From a virus (taxonomy: Duplodnaviria > Heunggongvirae > Uroviricota > Caudoviricetes), in IMG/VR virus record IMGVR_UViG_2713896775_000009: DNA of 5,495 nt, one strand, 5' to 3'. Both the position numbers and the translations under genes were made by a program. Each line of letters starts with the position of its first letter. Position 1 is the first letter of the stretch. Shown here piece after piece: positions 1 to 5,245 of the stretch. The notes under the pieces were generated by a model. That model had not been told where the DNA came from. It worked only from the letters and a program-made list of their open reading frames with translations, and did not search any database.

Positions 1-90
1 ATACCAGCCGATGATGCCCGTCACGGACTGTATTTCTCGTTCACGCATTCACTGATTAACCCACTGATTCAATGGTGTTTAATACTGTGA
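1..90 (+). CDS. Possible 3' end of an upstream host gene (partial, unknown product)
   Basis: Frame 1 is open from base 1 to a TGA at 88-90, convergent with the Dps-like gene and followed by the hairpin at 104-154. Only 29 codons are visible and no homology was recognised. Confidence 0.2.
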   Translation: MPADDARHGLYFSFTHSLINPLIQWCLIL

Positions 91-95
91 CGGTC

Positions 96-154
96 AGAAA
101 AAACAGCCACAGGAACACGGATGATTCTGCACTGTCAGTAATAGCCTGTGGCTG
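96..154 (-). terminator. Putative intrinsic terminator downstream of the Dps-like gene
   Basis: Inverted repeat cagccacagg (104-113) / cctgtggctg (145-154), 10-bp stem, followed on the minus strand by a U-run (complement of agaaaaaa, 96-103). The loop is large (~31 nt), which is atypical. A T-run at 163-170 on the plus strand could make it bidirectional. Confidence 0.4.
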
Positions 155-187
155 ACAAACCGTTTTTTCTGCTGCCACGTGGTGACA

Positions 188-664
188 TTATTCAAGCAGG
201 CTACGCAACATCCAGGCAGTTTTCTCATGTAACTGGATACGTTGTGTAAGCAGATCTGCTGTGGCTTCATCATTCGCATTATTAACGAGCGGGAACAGGG
301 AGCGTGCAGTTTTAACCACGGTCTCCTGGCCCTGGACAAGATTTTCAATCATGTTTTTTGCTGCCGGAATATCCTTATCTTCATTAACCGCTGTTAAACG
401 TGAAAATTCATGATATGTGCCGGGCGCGAAGCATCCGAGCGAGCGTATACGTTCAGCGATATCATCAACGGCAGTGGCCAGCTCATTGTATTGATTTTCA
501 AACATTAAATGTAAGCTGTTAAACATGGGGCCAGTTACATTCCAGTGATAGTAATGTGTTTTTATATACAGGGTATAGGTGTCAGCAAGAAGCCGGGACA
601 GGCCGTCTGCAATCTCCACCCGGGATGATTCAGCAATACCAATATCAATGATTTGTTTACTCAT
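188..664 (-). CDS. Dps-family (ferritin-like, DNA protection during starvation) protein, 158 aa; host gene
   Basis: ORF with ATG start and TAA stop, GAGG about 7 nt upstream. The translation aligns by eye to E. coli Dps across the four-helix core (HW motif, conserved His/Asp/Glu ferroxidase-type residues, DDxTADxLT near the C-terminus) but is clearly not the K-12 dps ortholog. Confidence 0.85.
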   Translation of the reverse strand: MSKQIIDIGIAESSRVEIADGLSRLLADTYTLYIKTHYYHWNVTGPMFNSLHLMFENQYNELATAVDDIAERIRSLGCFAPGTYHEFSRLTAVNEDKDIPAAKNMIENLVQGQETVVKTARSLFPLVNNANDEATADLLTQRIQLHEKTAWMLRSLLE

Positions 665-738
665 AACTACCTCTTACACGGTTTCAGTGGAATATACGAT
701 ATGCGATTATTCTTTCCGGTCTGAGCAAAACACGCCTC

Positions 739-760
739 AAATTTTTATAATAAGTTGGCA
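739..760. other. attL core / host-phage junction (B-O-P' type)
   Basis: aaatttttataataagttggca against lambda attL GCTTTTTTATACTAAGTTGGCA. Everything to the right (TAAGTTGGCATTATAAAAAAGCATTGCTTATCAATTTG...) is identical to the lambda P' arm; everything to the left is unrelated to the lambda P arm. Confidence 0.8.
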
Positions 761-779
761 TTATAAAAAAGCATTGCTT

Positions 780-791
780 ATCAATTTGTTG
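780..791. promoter_or_regulatory. IHF H' site of the attachment site
   Basis: ATCAAtttgTTG fits the IHF consensus WATCAANNNNTTR and sits at the position of H' in the lambda P' arm. Confidence 0.6.
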
Positions 792-799
792 CAACGAAC

Positions 800-830
800 A
801 GGTCACTATCAGTCAAAATAAAATCATTAT
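800..830. promoter_or_regulatory. Int arm-type binding sites P'1-P'3
   Basis: Three tandem 10-mers, aggtcactat (800-809), cagtcaaaat (810-819) and aaatcattat (821-830), as in the lambda P' arm. P'3 overlaps the int stop codon. Confidence 0.7.
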
Positions 831-1897
831 TTGATTTCAATTTTGTCCCACTCCCTGCCTCTGTCATCACGATACTGTGATGCCATGGTGTCCGACTTAT
901 GCCCGAGAAGATGTTGAGCAAACTTATCGCTTATCTGCTTCTCATAGAGTCTTGCAGACAAACTGCGCAACTCGTGAAAGGTAGGCGGATCCCCTTCGAA
1001 GGAAAGACCTGATGCTTTTCGTGCGCGCATAAAATACCTTGATACTGTGCCGGATGAAAGCGGTTCGCGACGAGTAGATGCAATTATGGTTTCTCCGCCA
1101 AGAATCTCTTTGCATTTATCAAGTGTTTCCTTCATTGATATTCCGAGAGCATCAACATGCAATACTGTTGGGATGGCAATTTTTACGCCTGTTTTGCTTT
1201 GCTCGACATAAAGATATCCATCTACGATATCAGACCACTTCATTTCGCATAAATCACCAACTCGTTGCCCGGTAACAACAGCCAGTTCCATTGCAAGTCT
1301 GAGCCAACATGGTGATGATTCTGCTGCTTGATAAATTTTCAGGTATTCGTCAGCCGTAAGTCTTGATCTCCTTACCTCTGATTTTGCTGCGCGAGTGGCA
1401 GCGACAGGGTTTGTTGTTATATGGCCTTCAGCTATTGCCTCTCGGAATGCATCGCTCAGTGTTGATCTGATTAACTTGGCTGACGCCGCCTTGCCCTCGT
1501 CTATGTATCCATTGAGCATTGCCGCAATTTCTTTTGTGGTGATGTCTTCAAGTGGAGCATCAGGCAGACCCCTCCTTATTGCTTTAATTTTGCTCATGTA
1601 ATTTATGAGTGTCTTCTGCTTGATTCCTCTGCTGGCCAGGATTTTTTCGTAGCGATCAAGCCATGAATGTAACGTAACGGAATTATCACTGTTGATTCTC
1701 GCTGTCAGAGGCTTGTGTTTGTGTCCTGAAAATAACTCAATGTTGGCCTGTATAGCTTCAGTGATTGCGATTCGCCTGTCTCTGCCTAATCCAAACTCTT
1801 TACCCGTCCTTGGGTCCCTGTAGCAGTAATATCCATTGTTTCTTATATAAAGGTTAGGGGGTAAATCCCGGCGCTCATGACTTCGCCTTCTTCCCAT
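827..1897 (-). CDS. int: Lambda-type tyrosine integrase Int, 356 aa
   Basis: Translation MGRRRSHERRDLPPNLYIRNNGYYCYRDPRTGKEFGLGRDRR...WDKIEIK is near-identical to phage lambda Int as I recall it, with the same length and the catalytic Tyr in the C-terminal ...ASQYRDD... segment. Confidence 0.97.
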   Translation of the reverse strand: MGRRRSHERRDLPPNLYIRNNGYYCYRDPRTGKEFGLGRDRRIAITEAIQANIELFSGHKHKPLTARINSDNSVTLHSWLDRYEKILASRGIKQKTLINYMSKIKAIRRGLPDAPLEDITTKEIAAMLNGYIDEGKAASAKLIRSTLSDAFREAIAEGHITTNPVAATRAAKSEVRRSRLTADEYLKIYQAAESSPCWLRLAMELAVVTGQRVGDLCEMKWSDIVDGYLYVEQSKTGVKIAIPTVLHVDALGISMKETLDKCKEILGGETIIASTRREPLSSGTVSRYFMRARKASGLSFEGDPPTFHELRSLSARLYEKQISDKFAQHLLGHKSDTMASQYRDDRGREWDKIEIK

Positions 1898-2093
1898 TTC
1901 TGATCCTCTTCAAAAGGCTACCTGTTACTGGTCGATTTAAGTCAACCTTTACCGCTGATTCGTGGAACAGATACTCTCTTCCATCCTTAACCGGAGGAGG
2001 GAATATCCTGCACTCGCGTACCCATCGACGAACTGTTTCAAGGCTTCTTGGGCGTCGCTGGCGTGCGTTCCACTCCTGAAGTGTCAAGTACAT
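1875..2093 (-). CDS. xis: Excisionase Xis, 72 aa
   Basis: Translation MYLTLQEWNARQRRPRSLETVRRWVRECRIFPPPVKDGREYLFHESAVKVDLNRPVTGSLLKRIRNGKKAKS matches lambda Xis as I recall it; 23-nt overlap with int, as in lambda. Confidence 0.95.
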   Translation of the reverse strand: MYLTLQEWNARQRRPRSLETVRRWVRECRIFPPPVKDGREYLFHESAVKVDLNRPVTGSLLKRIRNGKKAKS

Positions 2094-2103
2094 CGCAAAG
2101 TCT

Positions 2104-2119
2104 CCGCAATTACACGCAA
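2104..2119 (-). promoter_or_regulatory. cII-binding site / -35 region of the pI (int) promoter
   Basis: Minus-strand sequence TTGCGTGTAATTGCGG contains the TTGC-N6-TTGC cII recognition repeat just upstream of the xis ATG, the position recalled for lambda pI. Confidence 0.5.
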
Positions 2120-2120
2120 G

Positions 2121-2140
2121 AAAAAACCGCCATCAGGCGG
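2121..2140 (-). terminator. Putative intrinsic terminator (minus strand) upstream of xis
   Basis: Hairpin ccgcc-atca-ggcgg (2127-2140) followed on the minus strand by UUUUUUCUU (complement of 2119-2126). It is part of the lambda-identical backbone. Confidence 0.4.
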
Positions 2141-2300
2141 CTTGGTGTTCTTTCAGTTCTTCAATTCGAATATTGGTTACGTCTGCATGTGCTATCTGCG
2201 CCCATATCATCCAGTGGTTATAACAGTCGTTGATGTTCTCTGCTTCGATAACCCTGTTGAATGGCTCTCCATTCCATTCACCTGTGACTCGGAAGTGCAT
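2133..2300 (-). CDS. Small lambda-backbone ORF, 55 aa (lambda orf55-like), unknown function
   Basis: ATG at 2300 with GGAG about 7 nt upstream; translation MHFRVTGEWNGEPFNRVIEAENINDCYNHWMIWAQIAHADVTNIRIEELKEHQAA. The TGA stop lies in the loop of the 2127-2140 hairpin. Below the 60-aa cut-off of the supplied ORF track, so found by hand. Confidence 0.5.
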   Translation of the reverse strand: MHFRVTGEWNGEPFNRVIEAENINDCYNHWMIWAQIAHADVTNIRIEELKEHQAA

Positions 2301-2312
2301 TTATCATCTCCA

Positions 2313-2337
2313 TAAAACAAAACTCGCCGTAGCGAGT
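2313..2337 (-). terminator. Putative intrinsic terminator (minus strand) downstream of the 142-aa cargo gene
   Basis: Hairpin actcgc-cgta-gcgagt (2322-2337) followed on the minus strand by UUUGUUUUA (complement of 2313-2321). It lies at the left boundary where lambda identity resumes. Confidence 0.45.
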
Positions 2338-2383
2338 TCAGATATAATTTCCACCAAAGGCAGTAGTTGCTTGATGCTAAGAA

Positions 2384-2812
2384 TTATTCAATATCTATTC
2401 CTGTAATCTCTTTTATCTTTTTCCTTGCAAAGCCTTTTGCTAGTGATTTTGAAACACTCATAAGTGTACTAATTCCCTCATCCTTAAAGTTTGTTTTTAT
2501 AGCTTGCCAGACATCCTTTTGACGTAAGTCAGCAATAAAATCATGCCCTCTTGCTGTCAACCTCAGTGGTACTTCGATCCAACTATATCCAACACCTTCC
2601 CCTAACGCTTTGGACAATATATGACCGAACCCAGGTTTTCCATCAACCCTGACTATTAATTCGTAGTCACATAATAATCGCATATGGAAAATAAAATCTT
2701 GGTCATATCTATTAAAGCCATTATCCTCTAGTTCACTAAGCATCGTGTCAGGGCCACGAGTTTTTTCGAATGCGATAAGTAGATCTTTTAGATATTGCTG
2801 GTCTAATTTCAT
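2384..2812 (-). CDS. Hypothetical protein, 142 aa (cargo gene A), function unknown
   Basis: ORF with ATG start and a strong GGAGG Shine-Dalgarno 5 nt upstream, TAA stop. It is not part of lambda. No family recognised with confidence; the N-terminal MKLDQQYLKDLLIAFEKT may resemble small phage-associated DUF-type proteins. Confidence 0.7.
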   Translation of the reverse strand: MKLDQQYLKDLLIAFEKTRGPDTMLSELEDNGFNRYDQDFIFHMRLLCDYELIVRVDGKPGFGHILSKALGEGVGYSWIEVPLRLTARGHDFIADLRQKDVWQAIKTNFKDEGISTLMSVSKSLAKGFARKKIKEITGIDIE

Positions 2813-2822
2813 TGCCGCCTCC

Positions 2823-2834
2823 GTGACATGTCAC
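2823..2834. repeat. Perfect 12-bp palindrome GTGACATGTCAC in the intercistronic spacer
   Basis: Read directly from the sequence; it lies between the stop of cargo gene B (2841) and the SD/ATG of cargo gene A (2812). Confidence 0.6.
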
Positions 2835-2840
2835 AGAGAT

Positions 2841-3179
2841 TTATATCATTAATTTTGTTTCGTGCCAGCCTTTGGTCACCCAGCATTGTGAGTCACCATT
2901 ACACGGGCATGAATTAACAGGAACTCTCTCGCCGCACTTACCGCACCGTTTTCTGCTGATCGATTTTATACGCCAGCGCACACGTGCATCATCCTGGCGG
3001 CTCAGTAACGCGATGTACTCACCAAACTCGCAAGGCGCACGCCTGAAGCGACGCGTGGCACAGTTACGCTCCAGCATTTCAATTTCCTGAGCATCAAGTA
3101 CAAGCTCCAGCTTACGCATACCGGATGATGCTTGCTTGGCTCTCTGATCGGCTTTGTGCTCTGTTGCTGATTTAGCCAT
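2841..3179 (-). CDS. Hypothetical Cys-cluster (zinc-ribbon-like) protein, 112 aa (cargo gene B), function unknown
   Basis: ORF with ATG start, AGGA about 9 nt upstream, TAA stop. The C-terminus carries CGKCGERVPVNSCPCNGDSQC (C-x2-C...C-x-C...C). It is not lambda Ea8.5, whose sequence I recall as different. Confidence 0.65.
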   Translation of the reverse strand: MAKSATEHKADQRAKQASSGMRKLELVLDAQEIEMLERNCATRRFRRAPCEFGEYIALLSRQDDARVRWRIKSISRKRCGKCGERVPVNSCPCNGDSQCWVTKGWHETKLMI

Positions 3180-3372
3180 TCTGCTTTTCCTGCATCAGGA
3201 GAAAGACAATCATGGCGGCGCGGATACTTCCGGTATCTTTATACGCGATATTCCCCTTCAATGGCACATACAAGAAGAGAGCCATCAACAGGAGTGATTG
3301 AGGAATCGACAACCAGCAACGCTTAATTATCTATAGTGTCGTATTTGCTTCATAAAATATGGCGAATAACAC

Positions 3373-3404
3373 AAAGCCCGCAGCAGCTCATTGTGCGGGC
3401 TTTT
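3373..3404. terminator. Putative bidirectional intrinsic terminator downstream of cargo gene C
   Basis: Hairpin aaagcccgca / tgcgggcttt (7-bp GC-rich core 3376-3382 / 3394-3400, extendable by A:U pairs, 11-nt loop), flanked by an A-run on one side and a T-run on the other. It sits ~70 nt past the stop of gene C. Confidence 0.45.
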
Positions 3405-3472
3405 CTTATACCTACTTCCTAGAGATAATTCTATGGAGGCATTAAATCAATACTGTCATTGGTAATATCATA

Positions 3473-4087
3473 TTATCTAAAAGTCTTTCCACTTTTAACA
3501 TCTAGGTATATTCTGTTCGACAACGTCATTCCTCCGCAATATGTGAAATAGATGTTTTCACCCTTATTGCTTGATGCCATCCACCCTCCGATTTCCTTAA
3601 AATCGCTTTCCGTGCAGACCCCTTCATTTATTAACTTCCTAGCTGCCGAAGAAAACTCTTTTTTGTATATACGGTAGTCATCAGATCCTTTGATTAAAGT
3701 ATCATCTCCGCTCGCATTTTCAGCAGGATCTGATGGCCTTTCACTGCTAAGATCACTAAATTTAACCCATTCTGAAAACTTGCCATTAACGATTCCATTT
3801 TTTCTTGTGCAGGATTTATTACCTTCTTTAATATATTCGCTTTCCCCTCCAACACATGAGGCTGAATATGGCTCAGTTATACGAACCCATTCACCTTTTT
3901 TTTCTAGAAAATCTACGCCTTCCCTGAAAAATAGTTTCCCAGCCACTCCACATTTACTTGAAGGGCAGGTATGTCTTTCCGTTCGATCAACAACAACCCA
4001 TAGTTTTGATTCATTTTTTGCCATTGCCGATGGTATTTGAGATGAGACAATTAACGTAAGCCCTAAAATTAGTATTGATTTTTTCAT
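3473..4087 (-). CDS. Secreted/periplasmic protein with N-terminal signal peptide, 204 aa (cargo gene C), function unknown
   Basis: ORF with ATG start and AAAGGAA SD, TAA stop. N-terminus MKKSILILGLTLIVSSQIPSAMA-KNE is a classic Sec signal (basic n-region, hydrophobic core, AxA cleavage motif). Six Cys in the mature part. Visibly AT-rich. Confidence 0.75.
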   Translation of the reverse strand: MKKSILILGLTLIVSSQIPSAMAKNESKLWVVVDRTERHTCPSSKCGVAGKLFFREGVDFLEKKGEWVRITEPYSASCVGGESEYIKEGNKSCTRKNGIVNGKFSEWVKFSDLSSERPSDPAENASGDDTLIKGSDDYRIYKKEFSSAARKLINEGVCTESDFKEIGGWMASSNKGENIYFTYCGGMTLSNRIYLDVKSGKTFR

Positions 4088-4385
4088 TGTAATTTCCTTT
4101 TACTTTTTACAAAGCGTTTAATCATGGCTGATTATCTCTAAGTGTAGTAACAGCCTTGTGCGAAACATGTTACCAAATCGCCATTTCAGTGTATCCGCAG
4201 TTAGGCTGCCACTTCAAGGATTCCTAATTACATGGTACGTAAGCGTAAAATCCCGTTGGTTGGCGGGTAATAACTCTGATCAAATCTCCCTTGTCTTTTG
4301 CTCTTACGTATGCAGCTCTTGTGTATTCAACCCAGGCCTCCAGTTCAGCAATACGCTTACTTCCATCCGAGATAACACCTTCTAC

Positions 4386-4637
4386 TCACGCTGCTCGTTG
4401 AGTTTTGATTTTTGCTGTCTCCAGCTCAACACGCAGTTTCCCCACCGTTAGCGCAATATCCTCGTTCTCCTGGTCGCGGCGTTTGATGTATTGCTGGTTT
4501 CTTTCCCGTTCATCCAGCAGTGTCAGCACAATCGATGGTGTTACCAGCTCATGGAAAAGGTCCGCGTCAAATCCCCAGTTGTCAGGCATTGCCTGCTCTG
4601 CCGCTTCACGCAGTGCCTGAGAGTGAATTACGCTCAC
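4386..4637 (-). CDS. ea22: Ea22-like protein, N-terminal 83 codons ending at an in-frame TGA (truncated or chimeric)
   Basis: GTG start overlapping the orf73 stop (GTGA), with AGAGAGG SD. Translation MSVIHSQALREAAEQAMPDNWGFDADLFHELVTPSIVLTLLDERERNQQYIKRRDQENEDIALTVGKLRVELETAK... matches the lambda Ea22 N-terminus as I recall it. The same frame continues open past the TGA to 4227. Confidence 0.75.
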   Translation of the reverse strand: MSVIHSQALREAAEQAMPDNWGFDADLFHELVTPSIVLTLLDERERNQQYIKRRDQENEDIALTVGKLRVELETAKIKTQRAA

Positions 4638-4855
4638 TTCGAACCTCTCTGTTTACTGATAAGCTCCAGATCTTCCTGGCAACTTGCACAAGTCCGACAA
4701 CCCTGAACGGCCAGGCGTCTTAGCTCATCTATGGGATCGCCACACTCACAACAATGAGTGGCAGATACAGCCTGGTGGTTCAGGCGGCGCATTTTTATTG
4801 CTGTGTTGCGCTGTAATTCTTCAATTTCTGATGCTGAATCAATGATGTCTGCCAT
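4634..4855 (-). CDS. orf73: TraR/DksA-family C4 zinc-finger protein, 73 aa (lambda orf73)
   Basis: Translation MADIIDSASEIEELQRNTAIKMRRLNHQAVSATHCCECGDPIDELRRLAVQGCRTCASCQEDLELISKQRGSK carries the CxxC-x17-CxxC TraR-type motif and lies between ea22 and the orf61 region, as in lambda. Confidence 0.9.
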   Translation of the reverse strand: MADIIDSASEIEELQRNTAIKMRRLNHQAVSATHCCECGDPIDELRRLAVQGCRTCASCQEDLELISKQRGSK

Positions 4856-4910
4856 CTTCCATTAATCCCTGAATTGTTGGTTAATACGCTTGGGGGTAAA
4901 TGCGAGCAAT

Positions 4911-4931
4911 AAAAAAGGAGCCTGTAGCTCC
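4911..4931 (-). terminator. Putative intrinsic terminator (minus strand) between the orf61 region and orf73
   Basis: Hairpin ggagc-ctgta-gctcc (4917-4931) followed on the minus strand by UUUUUUAUU (complement of 4908-4916). Confidence 0.4.
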
Positions 4932-4953
4932 CTGATAATTTTGCTTTTCATGT

Positions 4954-5235
4954 TCATCGTTCCTTAAAGACGCCGTTTAACATGCCGATTGCCAGGCTTA
5001 AATGAGTCGGTGTGAATCCCATCAGCGTTACCGTTTCGCGGTGCTTCTTCAGTACGCTACGGCAAATGTCATCGACGTTTTTATCCGGAAACTGCTGTCT
5101 GGCTTTTTTGATTTCAGAATTAGCCTGACGGGCAATGCTGCGAAGGGCGTTTTCTTGCTGAGGTGTCATTGAACAAGCCCCATGTCGGCAAGCATAAGCA
5201 CACAGAATATGAAGCCCGCTGCCAGAAAAATGCAT
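4954..5235 (-). CDS. Small lambda early-left-region protein, 93 aa from the first ATG (71 aa if started at MTPQQ, ATG at 5169)
   Basis: Open frame with TGA stop. The internal ATG at 5169 has a GGGG SD-like element about 5 nt upstream; the ATG at 5235 has no obvious SD. Corresponds to the lambda orf61 locus but in a different frame and length here. Confidence 0.6.
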   Translation of the reverse strand: MHFSGSGLHILCAYACRHGACSMTPQQENALRSIARQANSEIKKARQQFPDKNVDDICRSVLKKHRETVTLMGFTPTHLSLAIGMLNGVFKER

Positions 5236-5245
5236 TCAGTGGTTG

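Noticed and set aside
94-348. 84-aa minus-strand ORF
   Set aside because: Overlaps the 3' half of the Dps-like gene in another frame and runs through the terminator hairpin; no RBS and an implausible product.
579-821. 80-aa plus-strand ORF
   Set aside because: Spans the Dps-like start, the attL core and the Int arm-site array; a frame artefact across a host-phage junction.
700-830. tRNA gene at the integration site
   Set aside because: No tRNA-like sequence flanks the core; the host side is the 5' region of a protein-coding gene.
1078-1601. Plus-strand ORFs of 65 and 68 aa (1078-1275, 1395-1601)
   Set aside because: Antisense to the well-supported int gene; low-complexity translations.
1962-2315. 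Plus-strand ORFs of 117 and 61 aa (1962-2315, 2048-2233)
   Set aside because: Antisense to xis and the 55-aa ORF, crossing the pI and terminator region; every other gene in this operon is on the minus strand.
2872-3090. 72-aa plus-strand ORF
   Set aside because: Antisense to cargo gene B, with no RBS.
3172-3285. 37-codon minus-strand upstream ORF overlapping the start of gene B
   Set aside because: No Shine-Dalgarno sequence and an out-of-frame overlap; likely chance.
3690-4040. 116-aa plus-strand ORF
   Set aside because: Antisense to cargo gene C, which has a signal peptide, an SD and a terminator; Ser/Leu-rich low-complexity translation.
4088-4226. Promoter for cargo gene C (minus strand; GATAAT -10-like hexamer about 50 nt upstream of the ATG)
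   Set aside because: No acceptable -35 element at 16-18 bp spacing, so not called as a feature; the gene may instead be read from upstream operon transcripts.
4158-4723. Plus-strand ORFs at 4158-4451, 4405-4620, 4491-4706 and 4520-4723
   Set aside because: All antisense to ea22 and orf73; overlapping and mutually exclusive.
4386-5238. Two in-frame TGA codons (ea22 at 4386-4388, orf61 frame at 5236-5238) as programmed recoding or selenocysteine
   Set aside because: No SECIS-like element or recoding signal was seen; mutation, allelic difference or sequencing error is more parsimonious.
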